This document shows, in pieces, positions 43,483 to 53,663 of a stretch of 64,000 bases of DNA. Both the position numbers and the translations under genes were made by a program. The stretch spans positions 416,001 through 480,000 of the forward strand of contig CAVVOP010000005.1 in the NCBI GenBank assembly GCA_963749915.1, read 5' to 3'. The first letter of the stretch is position 1. Every line of letters starts with the position of its first letter. The DNA is from an uncultured cyanobacterium (GTDB lineage Bacteria; Cyanobacteriota; Cyanobacteriia; Cyanobacteriales; Cyanobacteriaceae). The notes under the pieces were generated by a model. That model was given only the letters and a program-made list of their open reading frames with translations, did not search any database and was not told the origin of the DNA.

Positions 43483-44796
43483 TTATCTTAATCTTTGATA
43501 AACGGTAACCAGAGCATTTTCATCGCCCACATTTCCGGGGAATAAAACTACAGGTAAATTGGGGAAAAGATAATGATTTTCAGGGGTAATTATCACAGAA
43601 CATCCCGCTAAAATTTGCCCTAATAATCGTGCTTCTTTTAAGGCTAAACCATCGCTTAAAACATCATTGGAGGTAATGCCACCTTTACTGATTAAAAACC
43701 CGATATCAGAGGGTAAACCCCGCACAATATCCATCAACACCGCCGAGACTTGTTTGCCAAATTGTAATCTAGTTTCGATGTTAGGGAAATTCAATTCTTG
43801 ACGGCTGGTATAAACCACGGGAGTTTTACCGTTGTTTAAGGTTTCCGCTACTTTATCTAAAGCGGATTTAATAATGTTGTCTCGTTGGATTGAATCGTCC
43901 CTTAAAATGGTGACATCAATTTCAATGCCTACAATATCAGGTTGTTGTAATAACTGCTTTAATTGGAGAGTGGTTTTTTTGACGTGAGAACCGACTAGAA
44001 TAACCCCGGAGTTAGTGGTAGGCTTATATTTTGCCATGTTTTCCGCCTCCACAGGTTGTTCTCCTAATCCTGCCAGAGAAGTTAAAATACTCGCCGCACT
44101 ACGGAAAAGGAACTTTTTGCCCTCACTGGCAATTTGTAACAAATCTTGGGCAAATTTATCTAAATCCTCTTGTTTTTCGCCGTCAACTACCACACACTGA
44201 TTATTCTTAAATTCTCTCAGGCGATTTTGTGTGCCGTTTCTGATGTCATCTAATAACAATCTCTGGACTTTATCAGCGGTAATTCTGCCTTGAGTTTTTT
44301 CCTCGACATAATCGGGAAGGTAACTGTATTTATAACCAAATACAGAATCTTGGGCAAATTCAGTTTCATGTACAGGAGTTTCAATACCATTGATTAACAA
44401 GTAATGGATTGAGTTACGGGTAATTCTTCCCCCTTCAAAAAAGGCGGGAATGAGGAAATGTGCATCAAATTCCCCTAATTCTTGGGCAATAACATCAGTT
44501 TCTAGGGGATAATGTCCCCTTAAGGTAGAATCTGAGCGACTCACTACTAAATAATCTTTAATTCCTTCTAGTGCGATCGCCTGTTTTAGATTCTGACAAA
44601 CTTCTTGGGTAACTTGTTTGGCTTCGGTGGGAGTTAATGCTCTTGTGTTGGTTAAAATAAAGAAAATGGGTGCAGAATCTCTTAGGCCATCCCGCAAAGT
44701 GTCTATATCCCATTGCATTAATAATAAACAACTGTGGACGGTTTGGGAACCTGTGGGATCATCATCTAAGACGATTATTTTTGGTTGCTGAGTCAT
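43483..44796 (-). CDS. Four-carbon acid sugar kinase family protein (DUF1537)
   Basis: VLDDDPTG, RSDSTLRGH, KGGITS and FPGNVG motifs. ATG 44796 preferred. Confidence 0.9.
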   Translation of the reverse strand: MTQQPKIIVLDDDPTGSQTVHSCLLLMQWDIDTLRDGLRDSAPIFFILTNTRALTPTEAKQVTQEVCQNLKQAIALEGIKDYLVVSRSDSTLRGHYPLETDVIAQELGEFDAHFLIPAFFEGGRITRNSIHYLLINGIETPVHETEFAQDSVFGYKYSYLPDYVEEKTQGRITADKVQRLLLDDIRNGTQNRLREFKNNQCVVVDGEKQEDLDKFAQDLLQIASEGKKFLFRSAASILTSLAGLGEQPVEAENMAKYKPTTNSGVILVGSHVKKTTLQLKQLLQQPDIVGIEIDVTILRDDSIQRDNIIKSALDKVAETLNNGKTPVVYTSRQELNFPNIETRLQFGKQVSAVLMDIVRGLPSDIGFLISKGGITSNDVLSDGLALKEARLLGQILAGCSVIITPENHYLFPNLPVVLFPGNVGDENALVTVYQRLR

Positions 44797-44931
44797 AATT
44801 GTTGTTAGAGAAAAAGTGAACTTATTCACAAAATATATTGAGCATAGTTGAAGACTTACGGATTTTTTGCCCTGTAACAAAAGTTTGTTCTAGTTCTATA
44901 GTAATTCTAAATCAGTTTTTTCCTTACCATA

Positions 44932-47406
44932 ATGAACGACTTTACCCCCGATTTAGCACTAACCTCTTTACCACCGCAAAATATAGAAGCCGAAGAAATA
45001 ATTTTGGGAGGAATTTTATTTGATCCCAAGGCTATGAGTAAAATCATCGACATACTACCACCAGAAGCATTTTATGTCAATGCCCATCGTCAAATTTACG
45101 AAGCCGCCAGAAATTTATATTTCCAAGGACAACCCGTTGACTTAATGACGGTTACGACGTGGTTAAATGACCATAGTTTATTAGATAAAATTGGCGGTAC
45201 TCCTAAAATGGTCAGTTTACTTGATCGTACCATTTCTTCGGCGAATATCGAGCGTTATGTGCCGTTAATTACTGATAAATATATTAGAAGATTATTGATA
45301 AGTACTGTCAAAGAAATTAGCGAATTAGGTTATGATACGACTAAGGATTTAGATCAAGTTTTAGACGAAGCAGAACAAAAAATATTCAAACTTACCCAAG
45401 CAAGAATACAACAAGGTTTAGTACCTATTTCCGAAACTTTAATCGACACTTTTACGCAAATTCAAAACTTCCAAGATAAACTTGCTTTACCCGGTATTAG
45501 TAGTGAATTTTATGATTTAGATGCTTTAATGGGTAGTGGTTTTCAGCGATCAGATCTAATTATCATTGCAGGGCGCCCGGCCATGGGAAAAACGAGTTTT
45601 GCCTTAAATATTGCCGCTAATATTGCTAAAGAACATGATTTAGCTGTCGCAATTTTTAGCTTAGAAATGTCACGAGAACAATTGGCGATGCGTTTGCTTT
45701 CTGCGGAGGGAAAACTAGAAAGTAGCCGATTAAAAACTGGTAGAATTACAGAACAAGAAATGGAGCCTTTAATGACGGCGATGGGTAAGTTATCGGAATT
45801 ACCTATTTATATTGATGATTCTGGTAATTTAACAGTAATGCAAATGCGATCGGAAGTTCGCCGTTTACAAGCCGAAAAAAAGGGAAAATTAGGCCTAGTT
45901 TTAATCGATTATTTACAATTAATGCAGGGTAGCAGTGATAATCGTGTACAGGAATTATCAAGAATTACTCGTTCTTTAAAAAGTTTAGCACGGGAAATTA
46001 ATGCACCCATTATTGCCTTGTCTCAGCTTAGTCGTGCGGTGGAACAACGAACCAATAAACGTCCTATGTTATCGGATTTGAGGGAATCAGGCTGTTTAAG
46101 TGGCGATTCTTTGGTAACGATGGCAGACACTGGAGAGGAAATTCCGATCAAGGATTTAGAGGGTAAATCTGGGTTTGCAGTATGGGCCATTAACACTGAT
46201 ACCATGAAAATGGAACGGGCATTGGTAAGTAATGCTTTTTGTACTGGCATTAAACCTGTATATCAGATTGTTACAGAATTAGGACGTACTATTAAAGCAA
46301 CGGCTAATCATAAATTTTTGCGTTTTGACGGTTGGGTGAGATTAGATGAATTACAAACGGGCGATCGCCTTGCCTTACCTCGTCATATTCCTAGCCCCGA
46401 ATTGCAAACAATGGGAGATGATGAATTAGCATTGTTAGGGCATTTAATCGGCGATGGTTATACTTCACCTCGTCACGTCATTCAATATACCACCTATGAA
46501 CTAGATTTAGCAGAAACTGTTTCAAATTTGGCGACAAAAGTATTTAAAGATCAAATTAATCCCAAAATTAAACAGCAAAGACAATGGTATCAAGTCTATT
46601 TATCCGCTAATTATCCCTTAATTCACGGCGTCAAAAATCCCGTTACTAAATGGTTAGAAAACTTGGGTATTTTTGGTTTACCATCTCACGAAAAGTATAT
46701 CCCCTCTCTTGTCTTTCAACAACCAGAAAATGCGATCGCCATCTTTTTAAGACATCTTTGGAGTACTAATGGATGTATTCGCACCAGTAAAAATCTCTCT
46801 TCTTATGGGAGTATTTATTATGCCTCCAGCAGTGAAAAATTAATCAGGGGTGTACAAACTTTACTTTTACGTTTAGGCATCAATGGGGTACTAAGAATCA
46901 TATCACAAGGGAAAAAAGGACGAGATCACCTTCAGGTATGGATTGACGATAAATCCGATGTGGAAAAATTTGTTCATATTGTGGGTGGAACGGGTTTATA
47001 TAAACAAGAAAGCCTATGGGAAATTCAACAATATTTACCACAATCGGGTAAAGCTAACACTAATCGAGATTTAATTCCCCCAGAAACTATGCCTAAATTA
47101 GCTAATAGTGATATTTATTGGGATAAAATCAAAACTATTGAATATGTTGGCAAAGAAAAAGTTTATGATTTAACCGTACCAGGTTTGGCTAATTTTATAG
47201 CAATGGCTTACTATATACATAATTCAATAGAGCAAGATGCGGATCTGGTGATGATGTTATATCGTGATGAATATTACCATCCTGATACAGTTGATCAAGG
47301 TGTGGCGGAGATAATTATCGCTAAACATAGAAATGGACCAACAGGACAAGTTAAACTGATATTTCGTCCTGAATTAACCCAATTTTTGAATATGAAACGA
47401 CATTAA
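44932..47406 (+). CDS. dnaB: Replicative DNA helicase containing an intein
   Basis: PPQNIEAE, GRPAMGKT, IDYLQL, LSQLSR, LRESG|intein|SIEQDAD and KHRNGPTG motifs. Confidence 0.97.
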   Translation: MNDFTPDLALTSLPPQNIEAEEIILGGILFDPKAMSKIIDILPPEAFYVNAHRQIYEAARNLYFQGQPVDLMTVTTWLNDHSLLDKIGGTPKMVSLLDRTISSANIERYVPLITDKYIRRLLISTVKEISELGYDTTKDLDQVLDEAEQKIFKLTQARIQQGLVPISETLIDTFTQIQNFQDKLALPGISSEFYDLDALMGSGFQRSDLIIIAGRPAMGKTSFALNIAANIAKEHDLAVAIFSLEMSREQLAMRLLSAEGKLESSRLKTGRITEQEMEPLMTAMGKLSELPIYIDDSGNLTVMQMRSEVRRLQAEKKGKLGLVLIDYLQLMQGSSDNRVQELSRITRSLKSLAREINAPIIALSQLSRAVEQRTNKRPMLSDLRESGCLSGDSLVTMADTGEEIPIKDLEGKSGFAVWAINTDTMKMERALVSNAFCTGIKPVYQIVTELGRTIKATANHKFLRFDGWVRLDELQTGDRLALPRHIPSPELQTMGDDELALLGHLIGDGYTSPRHVIQYTTYELDLAETVSNLATKVFKDQINPKIKQQRQWYQVYLSANYPLIHGVKNPVTKWLENLGIFGLPSHEKYIPSLVFQQPENAIAIFLRHLWSTNGCIRTSKNLSSYGSIYYASSSEKLIRGVQTLLLRLGINGVLRIISQGKKGRDHLQVWIDDKSDVEKFVHIVGGTGLYKQESLWEIQQYLPQSGKANTNRDLIPPETMPKLANSDIYWDKIKTIEYVGKEKVYDLTVPGLANFIAMAYYIHNSIEQDADLVMMLYRDEYYHPDTVDQGVAEIIIAKHRNGPTGQVKLIFRPELTQFLNMKRH
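46093..47223 (+). mobile_element. DnaB intein (377 aa) with LAGLIDADG endonuclease remnant
   Basis: Starts CLSGDS, has ATANHKF block B, LLGHLIGDG and FLRHLWSTNG, and ends VYDLTVP...HN|S. Confidence 0.95.
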
Positions 47407-47449
47407 ATCGAGGTGGAGTAAAAACTTAAGATGGGACAGCCTGGTAGAG

Positions 47450-47615
47450 GGAGGAGTAAGTCGCATTAGTGGAAGGGCTTACGGCACCGTAGTTTCTTCG
47501 ATTAGGGATGCTAGTCAAAAGGCTCAAATGATACATAATGCCGAAGTTCAACAAGTAGAGGCCGAGGAAGTTAGTGCCGATGAAATGTGGTCTTTTGTGC
47601 AAAAAAACAATCAAA
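47450..47615 (+). pseudogene. IS1-family transposase internal fragment (insA/insB junction)
   Basis: Plus frame reads GVSRISGRAYGTVVSSIRDASQKAQMIHNAEVQQVEAEEVSADEMWSFVQKN, with an A7C slippery site at 47601-47608. Confidence 0.75.
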
Positions 47616-47795
47616 CTGCAAGAACCAAAAATATTAATATTTGTTGTAATTTTCGTTACTAGAAAATAAAAATACCTGCCATTGCAAGGAGGGAAAACTG
47701 AACTTGTCATCTATTGTTTGTTTCTCAGGATAAGTTATTATAAAAGGGATTAACATTTTCTTTCGCCTTTTCTTGAATCATATTATTAACACCCC

Positions 47796-48083
47796 ATGAA
47801 AATTAATCTTCAATCCCTCTACGGTTTTTATCGCAATGCCATCCGCAACCCTAAATATCGTAACTGGATTATTTTAGGTACCTTAATTTATGTTTTAAGT
47901 CCTTTTGATATTTCCCCTGATTTTTTCCCATTTGCGGGACAAATTGATGACTTTTTCTTATTATCAATTATGTTAACAGAAGTTTCCCAAATGATAATGA
48001 GTGGTGTCAAAAATAAAAAAGATCAATATACAGAAAACGAAGGACAAAAAACCATAGATGTTGACGCTGTTTCTGTGGATTAA
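47796..48083 (+). CDS. YkvA/DUF1232 membrane protein
   Basis: YVLSPFDISPDFFP..GQIDD motif. Confidence 0.88.
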   Translation: MKINLQSLYGFYRNAIRNPKYRNWIILGTLIYVLSPFDISPDFFPFAGQIDDFFLLSIMLTEVSQMIMSGVKNKKDQYTENEGQKTIDVDAVSVD

Positions 48084-48132
48084 GATAATCTAAATATAGC
48101 AATTCTAAATCATCGATAGAAAAAAAATTAGA

Positions 48133-49242
48133 TTAATTGCTGATGACTGAGTGCGATAGACGATAGTTATAATAAGCGGCACAAGCACCTTCTGATGATA
48201 CCATCGGAGCTCCTAAAGGTTGTTCAGGAGTACATTTTGTACCAAAAGAGGGGCATTGATGAGGTTTTTTAATTCCCTGTAAAATTTCGCCGCTAATGCA
48301 ACTTTGATTTTCTAAATTTTTAGGTTTAACGAAGTCTAAACCAAATTTTTTTTCCGCCGCAAATTGCTGATATTTTGTCTTAAGTTTTAAGCCACTATTG
48401 GGAATATTTGCAATACCACGCCAAAAATAATCACTAATATCAAATACTTCTTTCATCAAACATTGAGCATTTTTGTTGCCTTCTTTATTGACTACACGAC
48501 TATATTGATTTTCTACTTTAACATCTTGTTTTTCTAGTTGTTGAATACAGAGAAAAATTCCCTGTAAAATATCCACTGGTTCAAATCCTGTTACGATAAT
48601 GGGCACTTGATATTTATGAGAAATAGATTCATATTCTTGATAACCCATAACACTACAAACATGACCAGCCGCTAAAAAACCCTGTACTTGACAGTGGTTG
48701 GACGATAAAATTGCTTCCATAGCCGGAGGTACTAAAACATGAGATATTAACACGGAAAAATTATCTAAATTTTGCTGTTGTGCTTGATAAATTGTCATGG
48801 CGGTAGCAGGGGCAGTGGTTTCAAATCCAACGGCAAAAAATACCACTTTTTTAGTAGGATTTTGTTGAGCAATTTTTAGGCAATCTAAGGGGGAATAAAT
48901 AATTCGAATATCTGCCCCCAATGCCTTAATGTTTAGTAAATCTTTTTTGCTTCCTGGTACCCTTAACATATCGCCAAAAGAGCACAAAATAGTATTGGGT
49001 AAAGAGGCGATTTCGATGGCTTGATCAATCAATTCAATATTTGTTACACACACAGGACATCCAGGACCATGAATTAAGCTAATTTCTGGAGGTAATAGTT
49101 GATCAATACCATATTTGACGATACTATGGGTTTGACCTCCGCAAATTTCCATTATTTGCCATGGTTGAGTTACGATATTGGCCATCGCTTCAGAATATTT
49201 TTTCACTAAATCTACATCTCTATATTCATCGACAAATTTCAT
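48133..49242 (-). CDS. hypD: Hydrogenase maturation protein HypD
   Basis: [21 protein letters not shown] and PMVSSEGAC motifs. Confidence 0.97.
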   Translation of the reverse strand: MKFVDEYRDVDLVKKYSEAMANIVTQPWQIMEICGGQTHSIVKYGIDQLLPPEISLIHGPGCPVCVTNIELIDQAIEIASLPNTILCSFGDMLRVPGSKKDLLNIKALGADIRIIYSPLDCLKIAQQNPTKKVVFFAVGFETTAPATAMTIYQAQQQNLDNFSVLISHVLVPPAMEAILSSNHCQVQGFLAAGHVCSVMGYQEYESISHKYQVPIIVTGFEPVDILQGIFLCIQQLEKQDVKVENQYSRVVNKEGNKNAQCLMKEVFDISDYFWRGIANIPNSGLKLKTKYQQFAAEKKFGLDFVKPKNLENQSCISGEILQGIKKPHQCPSFGTKCTPEQPLGAPMVSSEGACAAYYNYRLSHSVISN

Positions 49243-49367
49243 GGGATTTTATGAGATAACTTTTTCCTAATTTTAACATTTTATTTGGCGATATTGATAA
49301 ATTAATTAGTTATGGAAATCAATAAAGTTTATATAGTATAATTAAGAGTAAAATTTTATAAAAAATT

Positions 49368-50414
49368 ATGTCAGAAAATACAAATTTTCAGCTTAATTGC
49401 CCTTTACCAACAGATAAATATTCCCATATTTTATTAGGTCATGGTAGTGGTGGCAAGTTAATGCGACAATTAATTAATGATATGTTTTTAGCTACTTTTC
49501 AAGAGGAAAATCAAATTGAACATGACTCCAGCGTACTTAATCTTTATGGTAAAAAAATTGCTTTTACGACGGATTCTTATGTGGTAAATCCTCTCTTTTT
49601 CCCCGGAGGTGATATTGGCTCAATGGCCATTTATGGCACAGTAAATGACTTGGCAATGTCTGGGGCTATTCCTCTATATTTAAGTTTAAGTTTTATTTTA
49701 GAAGAAGGGTTAGCCATTGCCACTTTATGGAAAATAGTACAATCTATAAAAAAAGCATCAAAAATAAGTAAAGTAAAGATTGTTACTGGAGATACTAAAG
49801 TTGTTGAAAAAGGGAAAGGTGATCAAATTTTTATTAATACTTCAGGTATCGGAATTATTAACCATAATTTAGAGATTAATCCTCAATCAATACAACCTAA
49901 TGATGTGGTTATTATTAGTGGAGATATTGGGCAACATGGCATTGCGATTATGGCAATTAGAGAGGGTTTAGAGTTTGAAACATCTATAAAAAGTGATTCT
50001 GCACCCTTAGCCGAAACTATTTTAGAATTATTAAATGTGGGAATTAAAATTAATTGTTTACGGGATTTAACTAGAGGTGGATTGGCTAGTGCTTTGAATG
50101 AAATTGCTATATCTGCTAAGTTAGAAATTACCATAAATGAAGATACAATTGCTGTTAAAGAAGAAGTAAAAGGTGCTTGTGAAATATTAGGTTTTGATCC
50201 CCTTTACGTAGCTAATGAGGGTAGATTTGTGGTGTTTATTCCTGCGGAAGATATAGATAAAACTTTAACTATTTTAAGGGCTAAAAATTCTAGTGCTAAG
50301 GTTATAGGTAATGTAAAAAAAACTAATAATTCTCTAGTTATTATGAATAGTAAAATTGGCGGTAAAAGAGTTATTAATATGCTAAGTGGTGAACAATTAC
50401 CCAGAATTTGTTAG
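49368..50414 (+). CDS. hypE: Hydrogenase maturation protein HypE
   Basis: HGSGG, TTDSYVV, GTVNDLA, RDLTRGG, ANEG and C-terminal LPRIC. Confidence 0.97.
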   Translation: MSENTNFQLNCPLPTDKYSHILLGHGSGGKLMRQLINDMFLATFQEENQIEHDSSVLNLYGKKIAFTTDSYVVNPLFFPGGDIGSMAIYGTVNDLAMSGAIPLYLSLSFILEEGLAIATLWKIVQSIKKASKISKVKIVTGDTKVVEKGKGDQIFINTSGIGIINHNLEINPQSIQPNDVVIISGDIGQHGIAIMAIREGLEFETSIKSDSAPLAETILELLNVGIKINCLRDLTRGGLASALNEIAISAKLEITINEDTIAVKEEVKGACEILGFDPLYVANEGRFVVFIPAEDIDKTLTILRAKNSSAKVIGNVKKTNNSLVIMNSKIGGKRVINMLSGEQLPRIC

Positions 50415-52774
50415 AAATTTTTATTGTTGTTCATGGCTATAAATGCGATTTGTCCCACAGATAAGCCACCATCATTAATAGGTATTTTTTGTGACCAATA
50501 AGGATTAAAATTATTAAGTCTCAAAATATTAATAGTATTTTCTAATAAGTATTTATTCTGAAAACAACCACCGCTTAACACAATGTTTTTAGTGTCAATT
50601 ACTTGACTAATTTGCCTAATTATTTCGACAAGGGTAAGATGAAATTTCGTGGCAATTAAACTTAAGGATTCTTTCTCTAGATAATCGTTTACAATTTCTT
50701 TAATCATCCATCGCCAATCAATATAATTACAGATATCATGGTTATATTGCCAATTAAAAGTATAAGTTTTATTAGGCTTAAAATTACTGACCAAAAATTC
50801 TAATTCCATAGCGGCTTGACCTTCAAAAGTGATATTATCAATGATATTTAATAAGGAAGCCACTCCATCAAATAAACGCCCGACACTAGAGGTTAAAGGA
50901 GTGTTTAATTTATTGTTAATTATAGTTTGAAATAATTTCAATTGTTGCCCTGAGTAACCATCAATGATTTCTAAATGTTTCGGTATATTTGCCAAACTAT
51001 TATAAACAAGATTAAGTAGGGCTAAACCAATACGTTTTGGTTGTAAAATTGCTTGATCACCACCTATTAAAGGAAAGGGTAAAAAACTGGCTATTCTTTT
51101 AATTTCCGTCTCACTAACATAAAAAAATTCCCCACCCCAAATCCTGTTATCTAATCCGTAACCTGTGCCATCCCATGTAATGCCTAATAAGGGTAATGTT
51201 AAATTATGTTCTGCAATTGTAGCAAAAATATGAGCTAAATGATGTTGTACCTGAATAACGGGAATTTCTGGTTTTTTATTACTTAATTCTTCTGCATATT
51301 GGGTGGAAAAATAGTCAGGATGTACGTCACAAACAATTAAATCCGGTTGAAATGCATAAATTGTACTCAAATCGTTAATAGTATTTTTATAAGTTTTTAT
51401 AGTTTCAGGAGTATCTAAATTGCCGATATGTTGACTGGTAAAAATTTGTTGATTAAAGGCGATGGCAATGGTATTTTTAAGATGTCCTCCTAATGCTAAA
51501 ATTTTCTTTGATTTTTCTCCTTGAAAATCATCCAATTTTATCGGCAAAGGTGCGTAACCTCTCCCCCGTCTTAAAATCATTATTTGATTATTAATTACCC
51601 TGACAATGGAATCATCTACAGCTCGAAAAATAGGACGATTATGAATTAAAAAATAATCAGCTAACAGATTTAATTTTTCTAATGCTTCTAATTCATCAAT
51701 ACAAATAGGCTCACTTTTTTGATTTCCACTGGTAGCAACAATGGGAAAATTTAACTCTTTTAACAAGAGATGATGTAAGGGAGTATAGGGTAACATTACC
51801 CCTAAATAGTTATTGTTTGGAGCAACTTCTTCAGAGATAAGATTATTATTTATCGTTCTCTTTTCTGAAGACTCTTTTGGATTGGTACTATTGAATTTCC
51901 TAACTTTTTCTAATAAAAGAATAGGAGAAGCTGAAGATAACAAAATATCTTCTTCAATATTCGATACTAAACAATCAACTTTAATTTGCTCTAAATTTGG
52001 ATACATTACTGCTAAGGGTTTATGAGGGCGATTTTTTCTTTTTCTTAAAGTTTTAACAGCCTCATTATTACGGGCATCAACAATTAAATGAAACCCTCCT
52101 AACCCTTTAACTGCCAAAATTATTCCCTCCTGAATTAACTCACAAGTTTGTTTTAAAGCTTCATCTAAACTGGCTAAACAATCACCTTTTTTGTCCCATA
52201 ATTCCAACTGTGGTCCACATTTTTTACAAGCATTGGGTTGGGCATGAAAACGTCTATTTTTCGGGTTATTATATTCTTCTTCACATTCTACACACATCTT
52301 AAATTTATTCATGGTCGTAAAAATGCGATCGTAGGGTAAATCTTGAATGATGGAATAACGAGGCCCGCAATTAGTACAATTAGCGAAAGGATAACGATAA
52401 CGACGATTTTGAGGATCAAAAATTTCCCTTAAACATTCCCGACAAGTACTTAAATCAGGTAAAACAATAGCGGTTTTTTTGACGTTATTAATAGAGTCAG
52501 AATTTTTGATAAAAAATTTTTGGTAATTAACCCAATTTAAGGGTTTAATTTCTAAGGTATAAATTTCTGATTGCGAAGGTTTTTCTGCTTTTATTCTGTC
52601 AACAAAAATATCCAATTCTATTAAATTTGATTCAATTTCAATAATAACACCTTCTCCCGAATTATTTACCCATCCTTTTAACCCTAATTCTGTGGCTAAG
52701 TTGTAAATAAAAGGCCGAAAACCGATTCCTTGTACAATACCTTTGATAATTATTTGATAACAATTTTTAGCCAT
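50411..52774 (-). CDS. hypF: Carbamoyltransferase HypF
   Basis: G.VQGIGFRP, zinc fingers CTNCGPR and HAQPNAC..CGP, HHLAH, DGTGYG and NDGG. ATG 52774 preferred. Confidence 0.97.
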   Translation of the reverse strand: MAKNCYQIIIKGIVQGIGFRPFIYNLATELGLKGWVNNSGEGVIIEIESNLIELDIFVDRIKAEKPSQSEIYTLEIKPLNWVNYQKFFIKNSDSINNVKKTAIVLPDLSTCRECLREIFDPQNRRYRYPFANCTNCGPRYSIIQDLPYDRIFTTMNKFKMCVECEEEYNNPKNRRFHAQPNACKKCGPQLELWDKKGDCLASLDEALKQTCELIQEGIILAVKGLGGFHLIVDARNNEAVKTLRKRKNRPHKPLAVMYPNLEQIKVDCLVSNIEEDILLSSASPILLLEKVRKFNSTNPKESSEKRTINNNLISEEVAPNNNYLGVMLPYTPLHHLLLKELNFPIVATSGNQKSEPICIDELEALEKLNLLADYFLIHNRPIFRAVDDSIVRVINNQIMILRRGRGYAPLPIKLDDFQGEKSKKILALGGHLKNTIAIAFNQQIFTSQHIGNLDTPETIKTYKNTINDLSTIYAFQPDLIVCDVHPDYFSTQYAEELSNKKPEIPVIQVQHHLAHIFATIAEHNLTLPLLGITWDGTGYGLDNRIWGGEFFYVSETEIKRIASFLPFPLIGGDQAILQPKRIGLALLNLVYNSLANIPKHLEIIDGYSGQQLKLFQTIINNKLNTPLTSSVGRLFDGVASLLNIIDNITFEGQAAMELEFLVSNFKPNKTYTFNWQYNHDICNYIDWRWMIKEIVNDYLEKESLSLIATKFHLTLVEIIRQISQVIDTKNIVLSGGCFQNKYLLENTINILRLNNFNPYWSQKIPINDGGLSVGQIAFIAMNNNKNF

Positions 52775-52916
52775 AATTTGAGAACGGATAGTCAATAATT
52801 GATAGTTGAGAATTAAGGCTCTTTCAGAGTAGGTGATTAATTATCATTTCATTACAGATAATGAATTGTTGGTTGATGTTGAAAATAGCAATTCTGAATC
52901 TGTTTGAACCCTCTAT

Positions 52917-53642
52917 TCAAGTTGATTCCCGCCATCGAGCTTGAGATTTTTGTAAAATAGCGATGGCATCTTCCACAGTCTCAACACAATCAGGAATAAT
53001 CAGATCATCTTCATTAGCTAGACAAAATTCACCTTCACGCATATGTTTTTTTGCCCATGCCACTAAATCAAACCACATTTCTCCGACCATAATCAGAGGT
53101 ATACTACGAATATGCCGTACTTGTAATAGTTGCCAAATCATAAATGCTTCCAGTGTAGTCCCAATACCACCAGGAACGACCACAAAAGCGTCAGAAATCA
53201 AGACAAATTGATGTAATCGAGAAAAGAAAGTTTGATGTTGAAAGACTTCTTCGACAAAGGGATTCTCCTTTTGTTCAAAGCCTAAATTGATCCGAATACC
53301 AATGGATTGAGTCTGGTTGGTAGGGTCGGCAATTACACTACCTTCATTCGCCGCTTCCATTAATCCCGGGCCTCCTCCTGTGACAATATCACATCCCATC
53401 TCCGTCAGTTGATGAGCCAGGCACTTGACTTGTTCATAAATTAGTGAGTTTTTACCAATTCGTGCCGAGCCAAAAATAGTGACTCGATAGCGTTTTCGTT
53501 TAGGAGGACGTAAGCTAGTTAAACCATTGATGACATCCCATAATTGAACCACTGCTTGTTTAACGACTTGCAAAGTTGCTTCAGGATCATTAAAACTAAC
53601 AGTCTGCCGCGAGATAGATTTGGAGTCTCGATCGTCTTGCAT
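52917..53642 (-). CDS. LOG-family (SLOG) phosphoribohydrolase-like protein
   Basis: VTIFGSAR, TGGGPGLMEAAN, FFSRL and PGGIGTTLE motifs. Confidence 0.9.
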   Translation of the reverse strand: MQDDRDSKSISRQTVSFNDPEATLQVVKQAVVQLWDVINGLTSLRPPKRKRYRVTIFGSARIGKNSLIYEQVKCLAHQLTEMGCDIVTGGGPGLMEAANEGSVIADPTNQTQSIGIRINLGFEQKENPFVEEVFQHQTFFSRLHQFVLISDAFVVVPGGIGTTLEAFMIWQLLQVRHIRSIPLIMVGEMWFDLVAWAKKHMREGEFCLANEDDLIIPDCVETVEDAIAILQKSQARWREST

Positions 53643-53663
53643 AAGATACTTCCCATACCTAAA

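Noticed and set aside
44822..44830. DnaA-box-like TTATTCACA upstream of dnaB
   Set aside because: A single 9-mer in AT-rich DNA with no cluster, so no origin can be claimed.
47426..47710. 94-aa minus-strand ORF
   Set aside because: It is the antisense shadow of the IS1 fragment.
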